Source: Syntrophomonadaceae bacterium
GTDB lineage: Bacteria > Bacillota > Dethiobacteria > DTU022 > PWGO01
Direction of reading: 5' to 3'
DNA: 46,607 nucleotides
Assembly: GCA_003550565.1 (NCBI GenBank)
Contig: PUKQ01000188.1
Coordinates: 1 to 46,607, forward strand
The notes beneath the pieces were generated by a model that did not search any database, was not told the DNA's origin, and worked only from the letters and a program-made list of their open reading frames with translations. Positions within the stretch are counted from its first letter, which is position 1. Each line of letters opens with the position of its first letter. Of the stretch, positions 8,191 to 17,580 are shown piece by piece. The translations under genes were made by a program, and so were the position numbers.

Positions 8191-9735
8191 TTATTGGCTG
8201 TGGATGCCGTTTTTAACATCGTTCATTTTCATTAACTTATTTATTCCATTTATATATGCTTTAATACTTGCTTCAATTATGTCTGTACTTAGGCCTCTGC
8301 CGGTTATGTCTTTATTATTGTGATTAATTTTTACGGTAACTTCTCCGAGGGCGTCTCTTCCGCCGGTAACCGCACTCAGGTTATAACTTGTCAGAGTAAT
8401 ATTTATTCCTGTAATTTTATTGATGGCATTGTATGCGGCGTCAATAGGACCGGAACCAATGGCCACTTCTTCAAAATATTCATCGCCTTTAATAAGGCGG
8501 ATGATTGCTGCCGGAATGCTTTTACTACCGCTTACAGTTTGCAAATAATCAAGCTTGTATGTAGGTTCTGTAAAAGAAAGATGTTCGAAGACAAGCGCTT
8601 CTATATCTTCTCTATACACTCCCTTTTTCTTATCGGCTAACTCCACAAATCGCTCATAGAAATCTTCGAACTCTTCCTCGGGAATGGTATATCCCGTTGC
8701 CTGCAATTCATTTTTCAATGCGTGCCTTCCGGAGCGGGCGGTAAGTAGCATTTGAGCGGGCTTACCGCCAATAAGATCAGTATCGATAATTTCATATGTG
8801 CGTTTATCTTTAAGGACACCATCCTGATGAATGCCGGATGAGTGGGCAAATGCATTTATACCAATAATAGCTTTATTTACCGGTATCGGAATGCCTGTTA
8901 ATTTGCTTACCAGACGGCTGGTTCGATATATTTCCTGAGTGTTTATGTCTGTATAGTGGGCAAACATGTCCTGGCGTATGCGTAAAGCTACGGCAATTTC
9001 TTCGAGGGAGGCGTTGCCTGCTCTCTCGCCGATTCCATTAACATTGCATTCTATTTGTTTGGCGCCGTTCTTAATGGCTGACAATGAATTGCTAACGGCC
9101 ATGCCCAGGTCGTTATGGCAGTGAACGCTTAAAACTGCATTTTCTATACCCTTAACATTTTCATTAATTCTGCGAATTAACGCCCCAAATTCTTCGGGAA
9201 CCGAATACCCAACTGTGTCGGGAATATTTATGGTAGTTGCTCCGGCTTCAATGGCGGCTTCTATAACCCGGAACAGATAATCTTCTTGGGCTCGCGTGGC
9301 ATCTTCCGGTGAATATTCGATATCATCAGTAAATTGACGGGCATATTTTATTGTTTGCACGGCCTGCTCAATAAGCTCTTCCGGTTTTTTATGCAGCTTT
9401 TGTTCCATGTGAATGTTTGATACCCCTAAAAAAATATGGATACGCGGTTTTTCCGCTTCTTTTACAGCTTCCCAGGCAGCATCAACATCTTCTTTTACAC
9501 ACCTGGCCAGGGCGCAAATGGTAGGCCCCTTAACTTGACGGGATATTTCTTTTACAGCATCAAGTTCTCCGGGTGATGATATTGGAAATCCGGCTTCAAT
9601 AACATCTACGTTGAGTTTGGCTAATTGCTTTGCTATTTTTAATTTTTCATCCATATTAAGTTTAGAGCCCGGTGTTTGCTCACCGTCTCTTAAAGTACTG
9701 TCAAATATAATTACTTTCTCTTTTTCCATGATCAT
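8191..9735 (-). CDS. leuA: 2-isopropylmalate synthase
   Basis: DSTLRDGEQTPG, HCHNDLG, GIGERAGN, AHSSGIHQDG and C-terminal regulatory domain. Start moved to ATG 9735 (or 9729) after AGGAGG; the longer ORF runs into the T-box. Confidence 0.93.
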   Translation of the reverse strand: MIMEKEKVIIFDSTLRDGEQTPGSKLNMDEKLKIAKQLAKLNVDVIEAGFPISSPGELDAVKEISRQVKGPTICALARCVKEDVDAAWEAVKEAEKPRIHIFLGVSNIHMEQKLHKKPEELIEQAVQTIKYARQFTDDIEYSPEDATRAQEDYLFRVIEAAIEAGATTINIPDTVGYSVPEEFGALIRRINENVKGIENAVLSVHCHNDLGMAVSNSLSAIKNGAKQIECNVNGIGERAGNASLEEIAVALRIRQDMFAHYTDINTQEIYRTSRLVSKLTGIPIPVNKAIIGINAFAHSSGIHQDGVLKDKRTYEIIDTDLIGGKPAQMLLTARSGRHALKNELQATGYTIPEEEFEDFYERFVELADKKKGVYREDIEALVFEHLSFTEPTYKLDYLQTVSGSKSIPAAIIRLIKGDEYFEEVAIGSGPIDAAYNAINKITGINITLTSYNLSAVTGGRDALGEVTVKINHNNKDITGRGLSTDIIEASIKAYINGINKLMKMNDVKNGIHSQ

Positions 9736-9782
9736 ATTTCCTCCTAAGATTATTTTATTTTGAAGAATAATTAAATAAATAA

Positions 9783-10047
9783 TAAAAACCTTTCGTTCCA
9801 AGAGACGAAAGGTTTTCGCGGTACCACTCTTATTAGCAAGCTTCAATGAGCTTGCTCACTCTTTGCCCTTAACGCGGGCCCAATGCGACCTTCCTACTAA
9901 CTATTTGAAATTATTTGTGAAGCTAATTTCTTTATAGTTTTCAGTCGGTATCTCCCGGACGAGTTCGAAAGAGCTTACCTGCCGATTTTCAGCTTACACG
10001 GCTCTCTGAAAGGTATATTGCCTTTTCTAATACTTCCGATCCTCGAA
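9783..10047 (-). promoter_or_regulatory. Leucine T-box riboswitch
   Basis: Stem I AGAGA and GCTGAAA motifs; specifier GAA-CTC (Leu, 9963-9961); T-box AAGAGTGGTACCGCG (9831-9817); terminator AAAACCTTTCGT/ACGAAAGGTTTT followed by T tract. Confidence 0.93.
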
Positions 10048-10071
10048 TAGTATTTAGTTTTTATATATACA

Positions 10072-10100
10072 ATATTATTGTATTTTAGAGATACTGTCAA
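10072..10100 (-). promoter_or_regulatory. sigma-A promoter of T-box-leuA
   Basis: TTGACA (10100-10095), 17 nt spacer, TAATAT (10077-10072). Confidence 0.65.
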
Positions 10101-10310
10101 TACACGTAAGTTTAAATCCTAAGTGCTTTTAGATGCAAGTAATATTTTTAAAGTAGAAAAAACCTCATATTATATTTGATATATTATTTTATGCGTGCTA
10201 ATATAATAAAAAATAAAATTATAGCTTCAACTTTATACTTTATAAATTGCCAATCAGTTTAAGTAAATATATCTTAATATGTCTAATAAAAAGAAGTGGT
10301 GATGATGTAA

Positions 10311-12497
10311 ATGAAAATAGGAATCCCCAGAGCAATGGGGTATTATTACTATTATCCCTTTTATCGTAAATTTTTAGAATATTTGGATGTGGAGCCGGTA
10401 ATTTCTTCTCCCACCAGTAGAAAAACTCTTGATTCATTAACAGATTGCCCCACAGATGAACCATGCATCTCTGTGAAACTAACTTTTCCTCATGTGAGGC
10501 AGTTATTGGAAAAAGAGGTAGATGGCATATTTTTGCCTGTGTTGGTAAGCGGGAGGAAAGATAGCTACTTTTGCCCGAAACACATAGGACTGCCGGCCAT
10601 GGTGAAAAACAATTTCAATTTAACCGATGATATGTTTTTATCCCCCAAATTTGATATCCATCATACTACCGATAAAGGCCGTTCTTCTTTTGTTAGGGAA
10701 GCTAAAAAAATTGGAGCAGATTCTAGAAAGGCGCGCCGGGCTTTTAATGCTGCATGGGAGAAACAAAAAGAATTTATTTACCTCACCTACTCCAGGCAAA
10801 TCACTACCCCCGAAGCATTCACTTTATTGGAAGGGAAAGAAATTAATTCACCGCTCGGCAAAGAAGGGGGAATTAATATTGGCATAGTGGCCCACAGCTA
10901 TACTTTATATGATTATATCGGCTATAACCTGGTAGATCGCCTGCGTGAATACGGAAATGTTTACACTCCGGAAATGATTTCACCGGAAGAAGCTGTTCAC
11001 CAGGTTGAAGATTCTATTTATGATGGAGAAAAACTGTGGAGTTTTGAAATACAGTTAGTAGGTAGTGCTCTTTACTGGCTGCGTAATGGCATGGTAGATA
11101 AATTAATTATGCTGGGGCCGTTTGAATGCGGGCCGGAAGCAATAATAGAAAACTTTTTGGAAGAAAAATGTAATGAGATGAATGTCCCCTTTCTTATTCT
11201 AACCGTGGATGAACAGACCGGTGAAGCGGGCCTTATGACCCGTATAGAGGCTTTTATGGATACTGTTCCGGTAATTGAGAGTCCAGAAGGCACAAATGAG
11301 AAAGGCGGGGAAAAAGACCTTTCATGGTCGGCGAATAAAAATAAACAAATTCATGTTCCTACATTTGATAAAAGGGTAGTAGGTTTACCTACAATGGGCA
11401 ATTTGGGAGTTATATTATCTACTATCTTCAAAGAACTGGATATCGAAACAGTGATTCCTCCCATTACAAATAGGACCGTGGAGTTAGGTATGGAAGTAGC
11501 TCCGGAATTCATATGTTTTCCCATGACAGTTACTATCGGGCAGATGAGGGAAGCATTAGAACAGGGGGCGAACACGATTGCCATGGTTACCGGAAAAGGT
11601 AGATGCCGTTTGGGATGGTACGCTGATATTCAAGAAATACTTCTTAATAAGTTGGGCTATCAATTTGAAATGGTGGCTATAGACAATCCTTTTCCGGTTT
11701 TTAAGAAGGGGAGGCAGTTTTTAAAAACCCTGCAATTAATTACAGCAGAAGGCGCTTCCTGGCCTAAAATTTCCCGAGCCTTTGTCAGGGGTTATAGACG
11801 ATTGATAGCATTGGATGCGGCGGAAAACGAACTTTTTTATTATAGGGCTATTGAGAAGAACAGGGGAGAAGCAGATAGGTTATTTAATAATTTTAGCCGA
11901 CGCCTTTTGCAGTTAGAAACAATAGGAGAATTTGAAGCTGCTTACAAAAATTATCTGGAAGAATTAAATAAATTAGAAAGAGTAGAAAATGAGGAAATTT
12001 ACCGGGTAAGAATTATCGGGGAAATATATGCAGTCCAAGAAAAATTTGTTAACCTTGATCTCATAGAAAGGCTGGGAAAATATCCATCCCAGAGAATATG
12101 GGTGGAACGTGAACTTAACACCAGCAACTGGTTCCGTTTGAAAGTGCTTAATGACAAAAAACTCAGAGAAAGGCACAGCGAGATTGAAGAAGCAGCTGCT
12201 CCTTACCTGGATGAGATGGTAGGGGGGCACGGACAAGAGAATGTAGGGCTTACGGTGCTGGCGCCTCAAGAGGGAATTGATGGCATTATACATTTATTTC
12301 CTTTTACTTGTATGCCGGAGATTGTAGCTCAAAACATATTAACCCGTGTGACTGAGGAAAAAGATATACCTATTTTAACAATTATTACTAACGAACAAAC
12401 CGGCGAAGCAGGCGTTCAAACCAGATTAGAGGCTTTTCTGGATATAATGAAAGATAAAAAAAGAAAACAAAAAAAGGAGAGTGGAATACTCTTATGA
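10311..12497 (+). CDS. DUF2229 / 2-hydroxyacyl-CoA dehydratase (HGD-D-like) double-module Fe-S protein
   Basis: MKIGIPRAM, CISVK, FCPK, FECGPEA, DEQTGEAGLMTRIEAF; then a second module PEFICFP, GRCRLG, GGHGQE, PFTCMPE, EQTGEAGVQTRLEAFLD. Confidence 0.8.
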   Translation: MKIGIPRAMGYYYYYPFYRKFLEYLDVEPVISSPTSRKTLDSLTDCPTDEPCISVKLTFPHVRQLLEKEVDGIFLPVLVSGRKDSYFCPKHIGLPAMVKNNFNLTDDMFLSPKFDIHHTTDKGRSSFVREAKKIGADSRKARRAFNAAWEKQKEFIYLTYSRQITTPEAFTLLEGKEINSPLGKEGGINIGIVAHSYTLYDYIGYNLVDRLREYGNVYTPEMISPEEAVHQVEDSIYDGEKLWSFEIQLVGSALYWLRNGMVDKLIMLGPFECGPEAIIENFLEEKCNEMNVPFLILTVDEQTGEAGLMTRIEAFMDTVPVIESPEGTNEKGGEKDLSWSANKNKQIHVPTFDKRVVGLPTMGNLGVILSTIFKELDIETVIPPITNRTVELGMEVAPEFICFPMTVTIGQMREALEQGANTIAMVTGKGRCRLGWYADIQEILLNKLGYQFEMVAIDNPFPVFKKGRQFLKTLQLITAEGASWPKISRAFVRGYRRLIALDAAENELFYYRAIEKNRGEADRLFNNFSRRLLQLETIGEFEAAYKNYLEELNKLERVENEEIYRVRIIGEIYAVQEKFVNLDLIERLGKYPSQRIWVERELNTSNWFRLKVLNDKKLRERHSEIEEAAAPYLDEMVGGHGQENVGLTVLAPQEGIDGIIHLFPFTCMPEIVAQNILTRVTEEKDIPILTIITNEQTGEAGVQTRLEAFLDIMKDKKRKQKKESGILL

Positions 12498-13495
12498 GAG
12501 CTTATATTGGTGTAGATGTTGGCAGTTTAACCACTAAAATTGTAGCCCTGGATGAAAATGGGGAAGCTTTATTTGATTGGTATGCCCGAAACCAGGGGGG
12601 GCCAATTGAAACTGTCCAGCAAGGTTTTCGTAAATTAGAAAGTGAACCTCTTAAAGATATAGATATAGGGGGCATAGGGACTACCGGTTCCGGTAGGCAT
12701 TTAGCGGCCATAATGGTCGGCGCGGATATAATAAAAAACGAAATTACCGCTCATGCAGTTGCTGCCAGCCACGTAAACCCGGGGGTTCGCACTGTTATTG
12801 ATATCGGAGGTCAAGATTCCAAAATCATATATTTAAAAAAAGGAGTAGCCGTAGGTTTTAACATGAATACTATCTGTGCTGCCGGAACAGGCTCTTTTCT
12901 TGATCACCAGGCTTCTCGGCTAAATATACCCATTGAGGAATTTGGCGAATATGCTCTTAAGTCTGATAATTCCGTGCGTATTTCCGGCCGCTGTGGAGTC
13001 TTTGCAGAATCTGATCTCATACATAAGCAGCAAATGGGTTATAATCGGGAAGATCTCGTTGCCGGGCTTTGTATGGCTTTAGCCAGAAATTTTGTTACTA
13101 ATGTGGCCCGTTCCAAGAAAGTAGAACCGGAAATTCTCTTTCAAGGAGGCGTTGCTGCCAACCTGGGTATTAAGTATGCTTTAGAGGTTATTTTAAATAA
13201 GGAACTCATAATACCTGACAAGTTTAAAGTGATGGGGGCTTATGGTGCTGCTCTTTTAGCTTTGCGGGAAAAGCAAAATACTAACGAACTTTCAAAATAC
13301 CGCGGCGCTCATGCAATAGCTTCCTTTGATTGTTATCCCCGGAGTTTTATTTGCGATGATTGCAGCAACAGTTGCGAAATTAACGAACTCTACATTGACG
13401 AAAAACTTGTAAGCAGATGGGGGAGTCGTTGCGCCAAGTGGGAAGACCTTAACTACCACAAGAAAGAAAAAACAAAAAGCCAGGCAACCTTTTAA
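12494..13495 (+). CDS. Acyl-CoA dehydratase activase (BcrAD/BadFG ASKHA ATPase)
   Basis: GVDVGSLTTK, TTGSGR, NEITAH, DIGGQDSK, ICAAGTGSFL, RCGVFAES, QGGVAAN, C-terminal CDDCSNSC; ATGA overlap with the upstream gene. Confidence 0.9.
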   Translation: MRAYIGVDVGSLTTKIVALDENGEALFDWYARNQGGPIETVQQGFRKLESEPLKDIDIGGIGTTGSGRHLAAIMVGADIIKNEITAHAVAASHVNPGVRTVIDIGGQDSKIIYLKKGVAVGFNMNTICAAGTGSFLDHQASRLNIPIEEFGEYALKSDNSVRISGRCGVFAESDLIHKQQMGYNREDLVAGLCMALARNFVTNVARSKKVEPEILFQGGVAANLGIKYALEVILNKELIIPDKFKVMGAYGAALLALREKQNTNELSKYRGAHAIASFDCYPRSFICDDCSNSCEINELYIDEKLVSRWGSRCAKWEDLNYHKKEKTKSQATF

Positions 13496-13620
13496 GTAAA
13501 TAAATAATTAAGCAAAAAAATAAGTAAAGTAAGCTTATAATTATTTAACAATATATAAGATGTAAGCGTCAAATTGAATTCCCATAGAATTGCTAGAACA
13601 GTTGTGTGATAAATCTCCTT

Positions 13621-13676
13621 GATTGGCTTAAGGTAATCTATGTAAAATTTTGTTTAAGGTAATCTGTGTAAAATTT
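13621..13676. repeat. 26-nt-period tandem repeat resembling degenerate dif sites
   Basis: TTAAGGTAATCTATGTAAAATTT (13628-13650) and TTAAGGTAATCTGTGTAAAATTT (13654-13676), 22/23 identical; a decayed third copy follows. Confidence 0.75.
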
Positions 13677-13696
13677 GATTTATGTAAGCTGTGTGA

Positions 13697-13782
13697 AGGG
13701 GACGGTTATTCATTGTCCCCGAAGCGCAGCGAAGGGCCGAAGGAAGCGAAGCGACTGAGGGGAGACTATGGAACCGTCCCCT
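13697..13782. repeat. REP-like GC-rich branched palindrome
   Basis: Perfect terminal inverted repeat AGGGGACGGTT (13697-13707) / AACCGTCCCCT (13772-13782), imperfect inner stem, and GCGCAGC, CCGAAGG, GCGAAGC mini-hairpins inside. Confidence 0.7.
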
Positions 13783-13977
13783 GAAATACAGCGTATTAAG
13801 CATAAACAGCTTTCATATTCCTTAAGTAATTAATATACGACCATATAACTGGTAGTATTTATATCATTGACTGATACCCTTAATAACGCTAAAGTAATTT
13901 AAAATGAATTCCCGAGAACAAATATAAAATCATAGAAAAGCAGGCAAGACAGGACTTAAGAGATTCGTAAATTTATA

Positions 13978-14005
13978 ACTTCCGATAATATATCTTATGT
14001 TAACT
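13978..14005 (+). other. dif: dif site (XerC/XerD chromosome dimer resolution site)
   Basis: ACTTCCGATAA-TATATC-TTATGTTAACT with 11-6-11 layout, close to B. subtilis dif ACTTCCTAGAA-TATATA-TTATGTAAACT; intergenic, at the point where gene orientation switches. Confidence 0.9.
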
Positions 14006-14060
14006 AAAAAATTTATAATTAATTATTATAATATTTTAATCTTTATGCTTATCAATTCTA

Positions 14061-14474
14061 TCAATCGCCGATAATTTTAATAATTAACCGTTTGGGTCTG
14101 CGACCGTCGAATTCTGCATAATAAATTTGCTGCCAAGGACCCAAATCGAGCTTTCCCGCGGTAATTGGCAAAACAACCTGGTTGCCCATAACTATGCTTT
14201 TTAAGTGAGCATCGCCATTATCCTCACCGGTGCGATGATGGCTATAATTGGGTCCGAATGGAGCTATTTCTTCCAGCATGTTGTCCATATCTTCCTGGAA
14301 ACCTGATTCGGCGTCATTTACATATACACCGGCAGTTATATGCATGGCAGATACTAAGGCCATCCCTTCATTTATATTGCTTTTTTGAAGTTCTTCTGAC
14401 ACATTTTGGGTAATGTTAATATATTCCCTTCGTTTTGAGGTATTGAAGGTCATATAAGCGGTATGGCTTTTCAT
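14061..14474 (-). CDS. yjbQ: UPF0047/YjbQ family protein
   Basis: [38 protein letters not shown]. Confidence 0.9.
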   Translation of the reverse strand: MKSHTAYMTFNTSKRREYINITQNVSEELQKSNINEGMALVSAMHITAGVYVNDAESGFQEDMDNMLEEIAPFGPNYSHHRTGEDNGDAHLKSIVMGNQVVLPITAGKLDLGPWQQIYYAEFDGRRPKRLIIKIIGD

Positions 14475-14653
14475 ATTAATTATCCCTCCCCCACTCTATG
14501 TTTTTTAGACTACCTTAAATAATAATTTAACAAATGTTATTTCTTTATACAAATTTATTGTTTTTAACTGTTTATTTTTATGTTTTTAGATATGATATAA
14601 TCTTTATTGAAGTTTATCACTTAAGGTATAAGCAAAATAAAGGATTGATATTT

Positions 14654-15979
14654 ATGAAAACAAAGAAAAAGGACAATAAAAAGAAGAAAAATAACCCGGC
14701 AACCATAGTAATTTTGCTGCTTATATTCATTTTAGTTGCCGCTTATACTATTTTTGCTAATTTTATCGATTTTCCATTTTCTGATCAGTTTTCTAGAGCG
14801 CTTTCCATTTTACCTTTTTATAATGAAGATAGTGCAGAAGAAAAAACTAAAGAAAAACCTGACCCTATTCATGAAATCGAGGAAGAGGAAGAAGATAAAG
14901 AAGCTTTATTAATGGCAGCGGGAGATGTAATGGTTCATACCATTCAGCTTAATCAGGCAAAAGATGAGAATAATGATTATGATTTTAGCCCCAGTTATGA
15001 ATATATTACTGACTACCTTGAAAATGCTGATGTTGCCGTGGCTAATTTAGAAACTACTTTTGCCGGTCCCGAAAGAGGCTACTCATGTTTTCCTTTGTTT
15101 AATACACCCGATGCCCTTGCCCATAACCTTAAAGACGCAGGGTTTGATTTAATGTGTACAGCTAACAATCATTCACTGGATATGGGAAAAGAAGGTTTAT
15201 TTCGGACTATTAATGTGTTAAGGGATGCTGGTCTGCAATCGTTTGGTACTTATCAGAGCCGGGAAGAAAGAGATACTTCTTTAATTGTAGATGTTAATGG
15301 AATTAATGTGGGTTTTCTTGCTTATACTGATAGTACTAATGCTATACCAATTCCGGAAGGAAAAGATTATATCGTTAATTATGTGGGAGTTGATAGCGAG
15401 CCTTCTTTAGAAAGCGCAGCGGCTATTTTTGAGGAAGACATTGAACGCGCTCGAAATGAAGGGGCAGATCTGGTAGCAGTATACATGCACTGGGGTCATG
15501 AATACCAATTTACCCCTCATATATGGCAGGAGAAACTTGCCGAATCTTTAGCTAAAGCAGGTGCAGACATGATATTAGGTAGTCACCCCCATGTAATACA
15601 ACCCATGGAATTTATAGAAATTGAAAAAAATGACGGATCATCACATGAAGCTTTTGTTGCTTACTCCATGGGTAATTTTGTTTCTAACCAGCATTATATA
15701 CCCGGTGCAATTCCCACCGAAGAAGTAAAGTACGGCCTGGTTTTAAAATTACACCTGGCAAAAGAAGCGGAAACTGAAGAGGCTTACATTGATAAAGTAG
15801 AATATATGCTTACCTGGGTAAACCGGGATCGGGAACATCAAATTCTTCCCCTGCACGAAGCCATAGCTTCAGAGCCGGAAGTTTTTAAAATACCTGAAAA
15901 TAAATATAACCGTCTTGAACCAATTTGGGATAGAACCCTGGAAAGATTGGAAAATTTCCAGCCGGCGTTTACGCCTTAA
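14654..15979 (+). CDS. CapA family (PGA_cap) membrane-anchored metallophosphoesterase-fold protein
   Basis: Basic N-terminus plus TM helix; AAGDVM, ANLET, ANNHSLD, HWGHEY, GSHPHV, YSMGNF. Start moved to ATG 14654. Confidence 0.85.
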   Translation: MKTKKKDNKKKKNNPATIVILLLIFILVAAYTIFANFIDFPFSDQFSRALSILPFYNEDSAEEKTKEKPDPIHEIEEEEEDKEALLMAAGDVMVHTIQLNQAKDENNDYDFSPSYEYITDYLENADVAVANLETTFAGPERGYSCFPLFNTPDALAHNLKDAGFDLMCTANNHSLDMGKEGLFRTINVLRDAGLQSFGTYQSREERDTSLIVDVNGINVGFLAYTDSTNAIPIPEGKDYIVNYVGVDSEPSLESAAAIFEEDIERARNEGADLVAVYMHWGHEYQFTPHIWQEKLAESLAKAGADMILGSHPHVIQPMEFIEIEKNDGSSHEAFVAYSMGNFVSNQHYIPGAIPTEEVKYGLVLKLHLAKEAETEEAYIDKVEYMLTWVNRDREHQILPLHEAIASEPEVFKIPENKYNRLEPIWDRTLERLENFQPAFTP

Positions 15980-15989
15980 AAATAAATAA

Positions 15990-16199
15990 CTATTGATCAC
16001 TATTGAGATCGATATCTTGTTCTTCTTCTTGCTGTAATCTTAACCTGAACCTTTTAACGGCTATTGCTAAGAATAATTGGAATATTACCAGGACTACAAA
16101 AATAATTGATAGGGCGGGAACTGTACTGTTAAAATAAAAGTATATGCCTATGAGGAGGAATAATAAAGCTGACAAATAGTGATATGCGGGGCTTAACAT
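15990..16199 (-). CDS. Small two-TM hypothetical membrane protein
   Basis: RBS AGGAG, two hydrophobic helices, charged tail; fills the intergenic space. Confidence 0.6.
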   Translation of the reverse strand: MLSPAYHYLSALLFLLIGIYFYFNSTVPALSIIFVVLVIFQLFLAIAVKRFRLRLQQEEEQDIDLNSDQ

Positions 16200-16338
16200 A
16201 AACTTAACTCTCCTAAGATTAAAAATATAATGACTCTAATAAGTATAACATATTATAAGGTTATTTATTAAGTTAGAGACGAAGTATAAGTAAAGTCAAT
16301 AATGTACCCTCATATAATAGATAAAAGGTGGCCTCAAG

Positions 16339-17520
16339 ATGAAAATTGGTATATTTACAGATAGTTTTAAACCCTATACAAGCGGTGTGGTTCGTTCCAT
16401 AGAGATATTTACCAAGCAATATATAGAAAAAGGTCATAAAGTATATATTTTTGGGCCTGATTACCCGCTTTTTAAAACTAAGGATAAACCAAGAGAAGAG
16501 GGTGTTTATAGATTTCTTTCTATTCGCGCCCCAACTTTTTCTGAATATAACATACCCATTCCTGTTTCACCCCAGATAAGGAACACGGTTAGAAAAATTG
16601 GATTGGATATTATCCATGCTCATTCTCCTTTTTTGCTCGGCAGAATGGGATACAGGGTGGCACGTCGCACAAATATACCCCTTGTTTTCACTCATCATAC
16701 ATTGTATGAACAATATGCCCATTATGTCCCCTTCCCCCATAAAGCATCGCGTAGAATGATACTTAATATGGGGCGAGATTTTTGTAATAAATGCAGCCTG
16801 GTTGTTGCTCCCTCCCGCTCCATTAATTTTTATTTACGCCAAATAGGAGTGCGTGCTCCTATTCAAACAATCCCAACCGGTATAGAGTTGAAAGAGTTTG
16901 AGGATATTGACAACAGATGGTTGCATAGGAATTACGGAATTAATGAAAAGGAAAAAATTCTTTTATTTGTGGGCCGGCTTGGGCCGGAAAAAAACTTACC
17001 TTTTTTAATTAGAGCTTTTAAACAAATTCAAAATAGACTACCTCATACCAGGTTGGTTATTGTAGGCAGTGGACCTCAAAAAGACTATTTGCAAAAGTTG
17101 TGTTCAGATTCCGGAGTTCAAGATAGTGTGATATTTACCGGTTTGCTGCCTCGTCAAGTCATTGTTCATTGTTTTGCCAGTGCCGATATTTTTACTTTTC
17201 CTTCAGTTTCTGAAACTCAGGGTTTAGTAATCGGCGAAGCCAAGGCTGCAGGTTTACCCATCGTTGCCATTAAAGCGTTTGGAACTTCGGATATGGTTTC
17301 ACACAGTGAAGATGGATTTTTAACCGATGCAACTCTGAATAGTTATACAAATAGAATCCTTCAGCTTTTGCAAAATGAAAAGCTTTATGAGGAAATGAGT
17401 TTAAATGCCAAAACGAATGCCCAATATATATCTGCTTCATATTGTGCTGATCTAATGTTAGAAAGCTATACAGAGTTAATAGAAAGGAAAAAATATCCCG
17501 GCAGGCTAATTGTTAGTTAA
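16339..17520 (+). CDS. GT4 glycosyltransferase (diacylglycerol glucosyltransferase-like)
   Basis: MKIGIFTDSF.P..SGV, DIIHAHSPF, FTHHTLYE, FVGRLGPEKN, ETQGLVIGEA. Confidence 0.88.
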   Translation: MKIGIFTDSFKPYTSGVVRSIEIFTKQYIEKGHKVYIFGPDYPLFKTKDKPREEGVYRFLSIRAPTFSEYNIPIPVSPQIRNTVRKIGLDIIHAHSPFLLGRMGYRVARRTNIPLVFTHHTLYEQYAHYVPFPHKASRRMILNMGRDFCNKCSLVVAPSRSINFYLRQIGVRAPIQTIPTGIELKEFEDIDNRWLHRNYGINEKEKILLFVGRLGPEKNLPFLIRAFKQIQNRLPHTRLVIVGSGPQKDYLQKLCSDSGVQDSVIFTGLLPRQVIVHCFASADIFTFPSVSETQGLVIGEAKAAGLPIVAIKAFGTSDMVSHSEDGFLTDATLNSYTNRILQLLQNEKLYEEMSLNAKTNAQYISASYCADLMLESYTELIERKKYPGRLIVS

Positions 17521-17580
17521 TGCTATGTAAATAATATCAAAATGATCTAAAATAATATTTAATTATGATGTCTAAAACGA

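Noticed and set aside
9736-9846. N-terminal extension of LeuA in the ORF track
   Set aside because: It overlaps the T-box antiterminator/terminator; the real RBS is at ~9740-9745.
13541-13568. Another dif-like 28-mer (TTATTTAACAA-TATATA-AGATGTAAGCG)
   Set aside because: Both arms are too divergent for an AT-rich background.
13621-13700. CRISPR array
   Set aside because: The repeats are nearly adjacent (3-nt gap), with no spacers and no cas genes.
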